Positions 15,501 to 29,500 of a stretch of 64,000 nt of DNA are shown piece by piece. The notes beneath the pieces were generated by a model. It saw only the letters and a program-made list of their open reading frames with translations, was not told the DNA's origin and made no database searches. Position numbers and translations under genes: made by a program. The stretch comes from Chrysomallon squamiferum (Eukaryota; Animalia; Mollusca), in assembly GCA_012295275.1 (NCBI GenBank), contig CM022679.1:24676001-24740000 (forward strand), in the 5' to 3' direction. Position 1 is the first letter of the stretch. Each line of letters begins with the position of its first letter.

Positions 15501-17480
15501 CATAAATACATATATAAAAGTTCAGTCTCTCTCTCAAAAAACTGTTGTTGGCAATAAGTGTTTGGTTTTTGGGATGCAAGCTACTTGTTGTTTTATTTTT
15601 TTTAAAGTTACAATTTTAGCAAAGTATTTTTCTTAGTTGTGTAATTATATGCATTTAACATTTTTAATCTTTTCATTAATCACTATCCAGATCAACAGGT
15701 TATTGTTACTTGTTTAAAAATATCTTTTCCTTTCTCTTTATACATTCACATGTTGCAATGCTTGTGAATATGTCATGTTTTATTTCTGTTCAAAATATTT
15801 CTTTGCTTTCTTATTTATTTATGTTTTCTTAATTTTTGTGATTTATAATATTTTTTATTTTCCATTTGTTTATTTTTGTTTATATATATATATAATATTA
15901 TTTCTTTGTTTATTGGAGTATCAATAAATGTGCATACATTATTTTTTATTTTATTCTGTTTTGTTTTTGCAGCCAGCTGCCCCAGCTCCTGAACCGCCCA
16001 AACCAGTGGAAAAAGGTCCAATTCCATCAGACCATCAAATCCTGCAGGACATTTTCAACAATCTAGTCCAAAACTGCTCTCAAGTGGCCACAAATGCCGT
16101 GAGAAAATTTTAAATGAACCAACATTTTAAACAGATTGACTGTGTAGATAAAAGTCCCATTGTCACGAGAGAAAAAAAAAAAAAATCAATTAATAATATA
16201 GTAGTTTCCTTTGAAAAGTCTGTTTCCTTATTAAAAATAATTTGTTAATTAATGACACTCTTCAACTTGCATAAGTATAACATCATTGCAGAAGGCAGTA
16301 TAAGTCAAAACCAGAGCATACACTATACAACAACATAACAGTATTAATTAATAAAAATAAATAAATAAACAAACCAGGGAATCTCTACAAAAGTACTGAT
16401 ACGTATATAATATACATATCTTGAAAAGTGTCAAAGAAAAAAGTTTCACAGTTTTCATTCAAAAAAATAAACTTTGAACATGTTAGTGTTACTGAATTCC
16501 GATCATTCCCAGAAAGCACCATCATTAATGTTGTTAATAGTTACTTGTATCTTTTATTATTTAGTATCTGAAATACTTGTTTTATGATTAAAAGTGTTAT
16601 TTACCTTTTTCCTCTTTAATTATTTAAAGCAAATGAAGAGAAAACTTGAAGATGTTTCTAGGAAGTTGGAGTTGCTGTATGACCGTCTCCGAGAGAGTTC
16701 TGTAAGTTAAAACATGATATTAACTTTCTTACAATAAGTTATACAACATTGGAAAAATAGTTTCATTGGAATCTGAAATTAAAAAATATGATTTTCATTT
16801 GGTTTCTCAAATGGACAGTTACATGTTTTCTTGTCTGTAGAAAGATTCTTACTAAATATACATTTCTACTGTTTGTTTTCTCTTTGATATTGTCTTTGTT
16901 ACAAAACCACAGTTTTGACATCTTAGCCCTTAGTAATAAAATGCTTTAAGTCAATAAAACATTCATCAATTTTATATGAGTGACTTGAAACAAGGACAAC
17001 ACCTGTATTTTATTTGAAAATGGGGAAAAAAACAAAAACAAGAAAATTAATAAATATATCAGCTGTAACTGTTAACCGAAAAAAATATTCATTCAGTTTT
17101 GTTATTAATATTTACAATTTTCATCATCATCATCATTATTATTATTATTATTATTATTACGCCTTTTATGAGTTTATTTTATTTTTTTATTATTTTTTTT
17201 TTTAATATATTTTGTTCTTTTATATTCTTTTTTAAAATTATAATTTTTTTTATTTTTTTTTTTTTTTTTTTTTTTTTTGTTTTTCAAGCTGTCTCCCAAT
17301 GTGCTGGCTGGTCTGCACCAGATAATTAAAACAATTCAGCAATACGACTACACCTCCAGCCTGTCTGTGTACACACAGATGATCAGCCAGGGAAACTTCT
17401 CTGAAATCAGCAGTTTTATGCCCGGTATCAAGGTTCTACTCCAGTCAGCAGCTCAGATGCAAGTTTATGTAAAACAGTGA
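1220..17480 (+). CDS. SEC31A: Protein transport protein Sec31 (COPII outer coat), ~1199 aa, 27 coding exons
   Basis: GT-AG exons: 1220-1332, 1772-1861, 2180-2378, 3026-3121, 3469-3606, 4788-4930, 5393-5504, 5905-6056, 6270-6404, 6715-6939, 7345-7419, 8030-8125, 8411-8473, 8741-8849, 9237-9415, 9894-10020, 10562-10710, 11400-11570, 11973-12306, 12864-12981, 13444-13520, 13755-13879, 14405-14536, 15243-15293, 15973-16098, 16630-16701, 17289-17480. Hallmarks: [31 protein letters not shown]40 repeats (WCPRNPS..SFDG), [25 protein letters not shown]1 region ([14 protein letters not shown]), Pro/Gln-rich region with AWNDPP, helical C-terminal domain. Exon phases are consistent except one base missing near 6020-6022. 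Confidence 0.96.
6564..6622. repeat. (TG)n(TC)n microsatellite
   Basis: Directly visible. Confidence 0.9.
15070..15134. repeat. Perfect 2 x ~32-bp tandem repeat in a SEC31 intron
   Basis: TAAAACTACTCAGGAAAAGCACAAATGTTCAT occurs twice. Confidence 0.85.
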
Positions 17481-20400
17481 GAGCTAGATTTTATTTATTA
17501 TTTTTGTTATGAATGTTCCAGTGTATTAGAGTAAGAAACAAGCATTTAGGTTAATGTATGTATGACTCTTAATGTGAATCAGTTTCCTGAAATATGTCAT
17601 ACCTAATGTAGAAAGTATTGATATCAAGGATTCCAGGAAATTGGAAATTAAGAAATAAAAAGTAAGAATTGGAGTAACATAAGATTAATGACCTGTGTAT
17701 GAAAAAACGTACATATATTTGATTTTTTGTGCTTGAAGTATTCCAGGTAACATTTTTGTTAATGTTCCTGAATGTTAATAAAAATAATAATTGATATATC
17801 GTAAGCCAGTGATTTGTATATAAACATATATACATAACTTTATGCATGTAGTTTGTTATAAATATTCATCATATTAATTCAGATCAGAAGTGGGTGGGTG
17901 TGTATGGCAGTGGAATACATATTATAATTTATATGTATGCGTGAACTTAAGACTGAAATAAGAAATAAGCAAGTTTTGTATTAATATCATACTGATTATG
18001 GAGCACATTTTTCAGTAATTAAAATTTAGGCATTAAAAGTCTTCATACTTGCAATATCCACAACACATTAACATTGTTTATTCTTTTAACATTTAAAATG
18101 ATTTATTTTATTATTTATATTATTTTTTGGTGGACGGTTGGACAGTGCAATTAAGCTTAAGCAAAGTATAATTTTTTTTTTTCTTTTTATATAAAATAAT
18201 TATATTTCTCAGAAATTATCTTAAATATTTTGATTCAAATACGGCAACTTCTGATTTTGTGGGAGTATTTTGGTTTGTTTATAATGTACAAAACTGAGAT
18301 GATAATAAGCAAGAATTTCAAAATTATTTCCAAGTTGACCATGATATGTTACTTGTAATTACTTTCTGAGGTACAACGTGTTTTTAAAATTTAATCTGTT
18401 TGAATGTTAAAACATTCATTATGATGATAAAGAAAGAGATCGATATATTTGCATTGAAAAATAAAAAATTTAATGAAAGAAATATACATTGTTTGTGTTA
18501 CTATTTTTTAATTTGGGATATTATATTTCACCAACAGAAGAAGTTTTGTTATGTTGTGTATTTATTTATCATAAGCTATCATAACATGATTATTTTTACA
18601 TGATTAGGCCTGTATTTCACCTTAATGGAATTTACGAGACCATTGTTAATCTTCACTATAAAATACTTGTCACTTTGAACAAAGTAAACATTTACCAAAT
18701 TATTATTTTTAAATTTCTGGTGTTGATTGCATGAGTTGTTGCTGTTGAAGTATTTTATCAAGTATTGTGTGAATTAGAGGATTTTGTTTGTGAATGTTAA
18801 TTTGTTGTAGAAATGATTTTAAAATGAAATAACTAAGCTGTATCTATATCTGTGTTGAGTTTCCTTTTAAACTGTTGCATGCTTTATTAGATTGTCTCAG
18901 TATTCATTCATTTATTTTTCCAGTAGAAATTATTATATTTGTATTACCTTTTCTCCCTGAAAAACCACATATTTTGTAACCAATGAATTTAGTTAATGGT
19001 CATATGTATTCTTTTTATTATTATTTATAAATAAATATTTTAAATTAACATATTAGGGCTAAGTACTCAAAATATAACTTATTGCATCAATCTTACAAGC
19101 TAGGAGTGTGGGAGGTGCTGATATGTGGAACATTATTAAATTACGTGGATTTCTGAAACATATCTATGATACACATACACACACACACACTAACATATAT
19201 ATATAAATATATTCATCTGCACTATAAAGTTTTAAGCTGAATCGAGTTACTATAAAACTAGTAAGATCTGTATTGCTATTGTTAATTATGATAACCAAAT
19301 TACCATGACGTGGTTTTCTTTCCCTTTTAAACAAAGTGAACAGTGACATACTAAAACAGAACTTTGAGTTGGATGGGGCTAGTTCTATATGCATAATGTT
19401 TTTCACATCACATTTTGGTGCTAGTTTTTAATTTATTTCTCGTATGAATCATATTTTGTTAATAATACTAGTATATTAACAAGCTTGAATGAATACTTAC
19501 CAGATCTCTAAATTTATTTTCAACCCAGGTGTAGTTAGCAAGTGTAGTTAGTCTCCACACTTTTTAATACATGTATAATAATACTGATGATATTGTTAGT
19601 AATACAATCTTATCTTCTACCATAAGTTTTATAGCATGTATACCATTTTCAGTATTTGATTTAGTACTGATTACCTTGTAGATGAAGTTCTTCAACTGAC
19701 ATATATAGGAGTAATCTTGCCAATTTACCACACCACAAAATGTATTTTATGTACACTTAAAATAACCTTTGATTCACCTATGTTCACTTGAAAAGAAGTT
19801 TCTTTTACAACAATGTATATCGCTTATTGCAAGAAATTCTGGTGCACCAAACATTACCATCTGTGTATTTAAACTCTGGTTTTAAAAACGTAATTTACGA
19901 AAATAATTAATACGAAATACAGCATGTTTGGGTTTTTTTACAATGATTGTTTCTCAGTATACATATTGACATTTTTATTTTTATTACGACAGTGAGTGTA
20001 AAAAGAATTGTTGAAGTGTTTAAATATTTCCTGCTTTTATGTCATATATATTTTTATTTCTTTTAAATAGATAACATCACTTAATTGCAGGGAATTACTG
20101 ACACAGATGCACATTTTGTATATAATTTGTCTATTTTAAAGTAAGTAACAATTCACTGTACATAACTATGCTTTTGTTTTATGTATAATAAACCACTGTT
20201 GATAAATCTTTACCGTTTTCCTTTTTCTTTTTTTTTCTTTTCTGTTTTTCTTTTTTTCTTTTTATTCTTTAGACATTTTTAATAAGATGCACTGATTTTG
20301 GTGTATGTTAACAGAGTAAAATATAACAGATGTGATTAATATATTTTGGAATGGACTTTTGAAGTAAATGTACATGGTCTGGCTTCACTGGAAGACCTCT

Positions 20401-20499
20401 AACAACAACTTAATAAATGTGAAATTTTCCTTAATACAGTTGCAGTCTATCTATATATTTTTATTTTTATATTTTTATTATTTTTGTTCTGTCATTTTG

Positions 20500-21600
20500 G
20501 GACACGGGAGCATGTTTATAACACAGTAAACCTCGCCTAAGTCGGGAAATCTTGAATCTCTCCGCCGTCACACCTTTTTTCTCACCAGCATTATTTCATA
20601 CTTCTTGTAAGTCTTTGTTATTATCCGTCTCTTTTCTCTAGTCGTCTTTTGTATAATAAAAAAAAGTCACTGTGGGCGTCGCTTTCCAGTAAAATATGTT
20701 AATTGAAAGTATCCATACGCGAGGAAGTCACGTGCACATCAACATACCAACGCATAGTTTGAGTCAGTGGGTAAATTGTGCGAGACTGTTTCGACGAAAT
20801 TGTTATTGATTTTGTCCTGGAAATCGTTTTTGTTTATGTACATAACAGTAGTTGTTGACGGATTTCGCACTGACAACTTAGAGTAGACATTAACTGCGGT
20901 TTGTGTTACTTTGTACTAAGAGTCAGGTGACGACAAAGGTGATTTCACGACTTAAAATGACGAATTAGACGAGGATATTTTATTAGAAATGACGTTATAG
21001 AAAATTTGAGGTGACGAGTTACGCACTTTGACGACGTATCCCAATATAACCGAAACCTTTGTCCGCAGAACTAATTAATGAAACAATAAGGAAACAATAA
21101 ACATCATCAATAATACGAAATTATTTCTATGCATCAAAATCATTTGACTGCAGACTTATAATGGCGATTTTAAATCGCAACGCTTGCAATTTTTGGGGTC
21201 TAGATGTTGAGTTTAATTTTAAATATTCACTTATTAAGATGTAAACTGAGCTTATTTTGATCTATAGAACATCTAAATGAGTTTGGCAAACACAACCCCC
21301 ACCCAAATAAATATCTTGTTTGTTGCTGAGAAAAGTAGCCGACTCAAGAGGTGTCAATAAATTGAGATCGCGCTAGCCACCGGTATAATTTAAAAACATT
21401 TATTTAAAATTAAAATGTAGGCATGGAAAAAGGAAATGGGTTTTATACATTTTAACTAATAATGATGATAACGATATAACGATTAGGGAACCTGTCAAAA
21501 TGTGTTTACGTAATTATGATAAACATATCAATTGTATCACAGATCGACATCCGCCCGGACCAAAGTGCTATGACTCAACAAACTACTTCTATTACATGAT
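20500..21600. promoter_or_regulatory. CpG-rich putative promoter/enhancer with no clearly assigned gene (copy at ~36850-37920)
   Basis: Abrupt rise in CpG frequency relative to the CpG-poor SEC31 body. Adjacent ETS-like and E-box motifs GAGGAAGTCACGTG at ~20721-20734 and AP-1-like TGAGTCA at ~20760. Confidence 0.4.
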
Positions 21601-22491
21601 AAACAGTATAAATATAAATCTGATTTACAAGGAGAGAAAGTTAAATGTTTAACAATGTTGTGTGTGTGTGTGTTACACTTTGAAAATTTTATTACACAGG
21701 AAAATTTTGAATCATTTTATATTGTTTAATAATATTTAATATTCGAATATTGTTCTTCGATAACCACATTTTCACGAAAGGCTTATGATGTACCAAAAGC
21801 AACAGAGAAAGAGATCAAGTGTGTATATGTGTGTACGAATGTATTTGAATTTGTGTATATTCTGTATGTGTGCAACGTTTGGTGTATGTTTATGTATGAA
21901 TTAAACGTGCTTATGTGAAATATTAATGTTTAAAAATTGATCAGAAAATGCTGTATGTGTGTATGTATATCAGAGATTTGTACATCTGTTGGTGACAGTG
22001 TGTCTTTATGTGAATGTGAAAGGATGATGGGTTAAATATCTCTGCGTCCGTGTGAGAATGAGAGCGGATATACGTCCGTATGCACCAGAGACAGAATATG
22101 TATATTATACAAGTGTGAGCATGAGAGAGTGGTTACAGATGTTTGGGGATGAGGGAGAAGATATATATATATGTGTTTTTATGTATGTATACGCCTTGGA
22201 GAGAGAGGGTTTTGTATGCCAATGTGAAAGAAGCAATGGGTATATGTGAGTGCGATAGAGAGTGGATGTATGTGCGTGTGCATCATAAACAAAACAGGTA
22301 TATATATACATGTGTGTGTGTATGTGTATGTATGTGTGTGTGTGTGTGTGTTGTAGAGATATGGGTAGATATGTGTGTAGAGAGAAAGTTTTTAGTTTAT
22401 ATATGCAAGTGAATGTGAAAGACTTAGTGAGACAGTACTTAAAAGTGATTATGATGTTCATTAACAGAAATACTGTTAGACGTAGCTGTAG

Positions 22492-22533
<42 letters not shown>

Positions 22534-22779
22534 GCTGCTGCTGTTACTGCTTTTGTTATAGATGCTGCCGAGAAGTATACTTTAGCTCTAATAATAATAA
22601 TAACAGAAATAATAATAATAATAATAACATACATACATCTGTAACAACAATAACAAAACTGGCAACGAAGACGACAATAACAATACGTATAATAATAGTA
22701 ACAGCAACTACACTACCAGTATTACAACTGCTACTACTATTACAATATTATACTGAATAAAAACAAAAATAAAATAAGA

Positions 22780-23238
22780 ATGGATATGACGTTAGCATCG
22801 GTGGAGAGACAGCAATGCCAGTATAAACAGACAAACACTCCGACAGAATCAGCCAGTACTATATATTGCACAACTTGTCCATCGTGGACTCATGCTTGCA
22901 GCAGAAATTCAGAAAACATTCAAAATCCAAGACGGTGTTCAAGGCTTGTCAATGCTGAGGATGACCTAATGTTCTCCAAGCAGGCTTTCATCGTTGATGT
23001 GTTACGTGGAGACAAAAAAGAGAAAGAAATCTTTGTCAGTGCTTACAACCATGTTCTGCCTCCTTACAATGCTACAGCCAAGACTATTTTTTTTTTTTTT
23101 TTTACCAATCTCCACAACGTACGTCGACTTCTGCCCTCGCTTCCAGCTGGATGCAAGAGCAGCATCAATGGACTGAGACATCTGAAAAACTACCTCAAAT
23201 CAACAATGCCTGGGTATGAACAATTTGGCACTTTTTAA
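22780..23238 (+). other. Intronless 152-codon ORF of unknown nature (copy 1)
   Basis: ORF track. GC content above the flanks, but it crosses a long T-run (poly-F) and no domain is recognised. May be a decayed gene or transposon fragment. Confidence 0.2.
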
Positions 23239-24513
23239 GCTGCACAGAGACACGATTATTAGATATAATAATGTGTGGCACCCATATTATTTACATTTAA
23301 CAAAGGTGTGCAATACTTTATTTAGGCTTTAACGCTTTGTTTAATTAAACATTTATTCTTTCCTTTAAATGTAATTTTCCAGACAGGTTTTAGATCAACT
23401 ACATTTTAGCGCAAATGTACACTACACATTCTGAGTTAACCCAGCGGGTATCTTGGATCGATCCTCTCTGTCGACCAAAACAACATAACGCCTTTCGGGT
23501 TCGTTCTGAATACAACTTAAAGCTTAATCTTCTTAGCTTTTATAAGTATATAACTAATCGCTAACACACCTGCAGAACAATGGATCAAGCATTTTTAGTG
23601 CTGTGGGTAATTTTGCGGAAACTAAAAGACCTAAATGTTTTCAAAATGGGTTTGAATGCTAACACAAATTAAGCTAAGTATTAAACGTAGTATTATAATT
23701 ATCTAAACAGGAGAATACACAAATATTGATCCATATTCTGAGGATATAAGACGTGAATGATGATGATATAACCAGATAAACACAATTAGTTAATGAATGG
23801 TGGTCAAGTTACAGTAATATAATTTTTGTTGTATAGCCTTTGGTCAAACACTGCTCAGTTAGCCTGAAAATGCAAACAGAGAATTCAATACTTGCACAAA
23901 TACAAGAGAGAGAGAGAGAGATAACATTTTTTTTTTTTATCTATCCAAGTTACAAATAATGTTTAACACTAACAGATACGGAAAATGTGTCTGTTCTTGT
24001 ACATTAACAGATTAAATAATAACTATATTTATATGCATATGGATACATATATCAGGATGTATACGAACGGCTAATTTGGGCCATTAAATATTACGTAAAA
24101 GGTAATATCTTTAAAAAAATGTGACATGAAGTGATTTTGATCTATGAAAATATTTAGAAAATATTAATTGTAATCAAAGATATCGCGCAATCACCGAAGA
24201 TAAATTTAAAAAATAAATAAAAAAATATACATATTTATTCTGTCATGTTTTTATTAAAAATTACAGCGATTAGAACTGATACCTATTTACGTGAAAAATT
24301 TATATAACATATAATTATATGCCTAATTATATGCTTAATTATATGCTTAATTATAAAATATCAGTAATAATAATAATAATAATATTAATATATTATTAAA
24401 CTAAATGAGTCGTGAATTATAAAAGGTAAATTAAATTAAACAATATATTCTAGTTTTAGTTAAGGTCCACAATATTTCTAACATATATTTTATACAATGC
24501 CATAGATCTTTTT

Positions 24514-24548
<35 letters not shown>

Positions 24549-25933
24549 ATATCACATTTTTTCTATCCTGGATATGCCATTATAATTATTATAATTTTTA
24601 AAACATGAGGTGATAAATCTGTATTATGACAGTGCCTAAAAAACAGGTTGGATATTTGAATTTTAATTCTGATGATACCACTGCTTAACAACAATGATTA
24701 AAAAAAAAAAAAAAAAAAAAAAAAAACTGAAAAAAACCAACATGAAAATAAATAAAAAATTAAATTAAATTAAATTAAATTAAATTAAATTAAATTAAAA
24801 AATTAATATAATAATATTTTTTAAAAAGAAATAACAAGAAAAAATAGACCAAACAATATAAAATAAATTAAAATTAAAAAACAGAATAGACCAAACAATG
24901 TAAAATGATGTCAGCTATTTATTTGAAAATGAATGTTAACACCTACTAAGTACACTTATGTATTAAATATATAATAATAATAATGATAATTATGATACTA
25001 ATAATAATAGTATCAGTTCAGTTTGTGCAAATTGTGATAAATCATTTTTAAGTACATACAAAGACACATAATCTGATTGGAAAGCCACTTTAGACAACAC
25101 AGATTAAATATGCAAATCTAGAATGTAGGAGATGCAGTTTCCTGCATTCTTGGAAATAAATTTTAAATGTTCCTTTGTCTCAAAAATATACCAGTATCCT
25201 ATATCTGCTGCAATCTGACCTGGCCATACTTCATACAATTTAGTTTTGTGCACTTTTACCGATGAACCTTGGGAGACTATGGGTGGGTGTGTATGCACCC
25301 TTTGCACCACCCCTGTATACAGTCTTAGTGATATCATTATATGGTATTATTTTGTAGAACTTTTTGATATGTTAAAATATTTCTATCAAAGCATTTGTCT
25401 GTATACGGATATTTTAATTATTTAACTCTGTCACAAAAATAAGCATCATTGAAAATATTCCCATGATGTAGACTGTCCTAAAAGTAAATGAAAGTTTAAT
25501 TATCTGATTTTATACAAAAAAATAAATAAAACATAAAACTATTCACGTCAAATAATATAGACTTTCCTCAGACTAAATCACGTGTTTAACTATCTGGCTT
25601 CAGTCCATAGATTATGACAATCGGAAATCACCAAAATATCTCTTGATACCATTAACAAGTGTTTGGCACAGTTAACATAAGCACATCCAAGGACCATCAT
25701 CTATCCAGCCCCAGGAATTTCCGTTTCCAACACTTACGTAATTATACAGGCACAAAGACAATGATTAAATTTGCATAATAAACATTTGCATTTCTGATGT
25801 AAACCACTGTTATGAGCAATTAAATTTTGTTATAAAAATAAGGAAGAAACACAAATTATGCCAAATTGTATAAAACAAAAAATAAATAAAACAAAAATAA
25901 AATAAATAATTACCAAAAAAAACACAACCTTAT

Positions 25934-26043
25934 GTACATTGTTAGGGTACACAAAAAAGTCAAATGTAATATACATTGTTAGGGTACACAAAAAAGTCAA
26001 ATGTATTATACACTGTTAGGGTACACAAAAAAGTCAAATGTAA
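25934..26043. repeat. Minisatellite, ~3 x 37-39 bp (TACA(T/C)TGTTAGGGTACACAAAAAAGTCAAATGTA); 2 copies at 42255-42325
   Basis: Directly visible; copy number differs between the two duplicated blocks. Confidence 0.85.
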
Positions 26044-26589
26044 TATTACTAATGTCAACACTTATCACTACTACAGTGGAATGGTAGGAAATATAAATAG
26101 CACTAACATTATTACAGAGATATTTCACTGTATGCTGGGTTTTTTCTTATACAGAATTAATAAAAGTTCAACCAGGATGTACAATTTCCATGCACATCCT
26201 ATTTTAATGAAGCTGTTTTCATCGTGATTTACACTGTATTTCTCATTATTTTTAAGTGTATAATTTCACACACTGATTTAAAAATAAAAATGACAACAAT
26301 ATGTTTCAACTACTTTTAATGAAAAACAGAAGGAATATCTTTTAATGGATGTGATGAGATCAGATAAACCTTTCTGGAAAGTTTAAGACACTGTTGAACC
26401 TTGAAACATTTACAAAAGCCTGTGATATATATTTGCCAGTGATTTATAAATTACAAAAACAACTACCTACAGTGAATTAACTGGATTTAGAAAGTTTTAA
26501 AGGCAACCAATATGATGATGATTCTCATTAAAAAAAAAATACAGATAGGTTAGTAATATATAATCTTCCAAGTTGAACCAGGTTGTAAA

Positions 26590-29500
26590 CTATTTCTTGC
26601 GACGGAAATACACATCTTTCGTCAACATGGATGTGATGCAAGGAATCTGCTTCTTTCTGTTCATCGACTCCTCGCTAGCGTTAGACTCAAACTGATAGGC
26701 CACCCTTTTGTTGACTCTTGTCATCATCGTCAGTAGATCAAGCTTGTCAGCATACTCCTTCAGAACCTCTGACAGAGCCTGGATAAACCAGGAGCCCCAA
26801 GTTGAATTGCGCCATGAAAGGTAACCTAGGAAAAAGCAAAGAAAATTGTGCTCATACTAATTTTAATGTTTCTAATGTTGACTAAAACTAAGAACTAAAG
26901 TTCCTGTGTAGAGTAAATAAAAGTTTTAATGACATCTCAACGTATTTTTATATTTCCGCTCATTGAGTGTAAATGTAATTTTGAAGTGATGTGATGAACA
27001 ACTATGGGTTACTTTTACCAGTAGCTTTCATACGCAATTTTCAGCAGATAAATGTATATGCTTCTGACAATTCAGTGGTGAATTCTAGATGGAAGCTAAG
27101 TAGCTAGATGAGCATGCTAATTAGTATTTTTCACACAGTTCTTTTACTTCTATGACAAGTAAGCCACCAGTAAGAACAACTATTGCTTTATTCTGTATTA
27201 GCTTCCTTATTTCTATCACATTACCTGGAACTACTGAGTAGGCCATCAGAAAGTCAGCCTCTGTTGGAATTCGATATGTCTCCAGCTCCATGGGTTGTAT
27301 TGCTCCTTTTGTTCCTAAAGCATCACTGACTGTGACACCATCATCCAGAGAGTGTCCTCTGCATGCCTGCATTCACAACAACAAAAAAAGATAATATAAC
27401 AGAAATACCACAGCTGTGAGATAAAAACAATACGTTAAACATGTAACTGATAAATGTTTCTTAGTAATGTATTCAATTAATAAACATCATAAATTCATTT
27501 AAAGAAAGCATTCTTTACTTATTCTGCTAAATTCCTTTATAAACTGAGTGTCCCAGACGATACCTGGGCCTAGATATAATCTAATGATGGCATGTCCATA
27601 AAAGTTTTCTGGAACTGAGAAATTTAGTTATACAGTATATTACAGTTCTTAACCTGAATAGCAGTTTATTATATGTAGTTTTACAAATAATGTAATTTCA
27701 GAGGAAAATCATTAAAAGTTTTTCTCTTTTGTTATATCAGTAGAGTCTAAATACTGAGTTACACTCCAATCTTGTCTGGTTTAAACAAGACTTGAAAACA
27801 GACTCACCTGAATGAAAAACAATTTAGGTTTTCCAGCCAGAGTTTCACAATTGTGACCTTTAAATGGTTCTACAAGGTCTTTAATCTCCACTAGCCCATC
27901 AGTGCCATATACCATCCCTTCTTCACCATGAGAGAGAATTATACAAGCAAAACAATCATTTTGTGAGTGGTCCTTTTTGCTTGCTGAAAATACATGACAT
28001 TAATAATGTTTTCATCTTGGTGAATGAAAATTTGCCTGCAGGGAATATAAGATATTACAATTCCATCTTGAAAGAGTAGACATTTGATAGATACATATAG
28101 AAGATTTTACATTTCCATCTTGAAAGAGTGAAACTGTTCATCTTGTATAAAATATATTAATAACACAAAAAAACAAAATTTTTAACACTGAACTTTAAAC
28201 ATCAGAAACTGTTAATATGGTATTTAATTTGTCTCATTAAACAGCATGTCATTAAACTCAGACTTATGACTAATCTAGGTAAGTGAAAAATTAAAAGTTC
28301 ACATTCATACACAACACTATAAATTATTTTTCAATTTATGTGCACAATATATAAAACATTTCTCTGTGCATATGTGTATACATTTATCTACTTCTGAGAG
28401 AATGAAATAATAATTAAGTCAGGAATAAAAAAAAATATATAAAAAATAAATATATAATATGCATTATCACTTAGGTAAAAAGCTGTTCAACTTACCATTC
28501 AACATCAAATCTTTCATTTTCTGCATGCTTAAATTATCATATGTTTCAACTTTAAAACTCAAAGCTCTAAAACGATTATAAATGTTTATTTTGTCTTGAT
28601 CAGTTCCTGTACGCGTTCTCATTTTGGTGTGTTTTTCAAATTCTTTGTTGTTAATTATTAGACACCATCCTCGCTCTGCATAATCCATCTTGTATTCCTC
28701 AGAAAAAAGTGTAGATTCTTTTTCCACTGGGAAATAGCCTCCTTCTGCTTGTGCATTTCCAAAGTAACTTAAAATAAATAACATTAATATATACTAATTA
28801 ATTAAATATAATCTTTATCTGGCACAAATACAATATTGGTTCAAACTTTTATATGTATGTATGTATTTTAACAACAAAAATATCCCTGGAACAGACAGAG
28901 TCATAGAACTACATTAAAACGATATTTATGTTCATCAAATGATATTTAAAGTGTTGAAAGAATTTAATTTTATGCAATCACCAAAAATTTTATAATTTTA
29001 TTTTATTAACCAAAAAACAAAAACAACTGAAGAAAGATTTAAAAGATAACTAATTACTATATCATATTACCCAGGATCCCCTGCACCACCTTTTGTTCCT
29101 AAGGCATCTGTTTCGTCAGGTTTATTACCAGTAGCTGAGGCATCTACTTGATCTAAAAAAAAAAAAATTTGGAGAAACCTGTTAATTATATTATTTCTGT
29201 ACTTTTTGTTTTCCATGCACGTGTGTAGGCATGTATGGATACTGCATGTAAAATATATTTATTTATTTTTTTTTTTTTTTTTCAAGCACAGCAGGTTTTG
29301 GAAAATGCAATGAATACGATGTAATTCTGTAATCAAATTTGAACATAGTGTAAATATTCAACAAACTGTTTATGAATCCTGACAACTATGTACTTACATT
29401 TTGTAATACATATGTAGAATGACAGGTTTATTTGCTTTAAATTTATAGTATTCTAATAATATATGTGTTTGTGCGGATAAATTGATAGACAAATGCACAT

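Noticed and set aside
25934-26043. Regularly spaced ~37-bp repeats resembling a CRISPR array
   Set aside because: Eukaryotic DNA, no unique spacers and no cas genes; an ordinary minisatellite.
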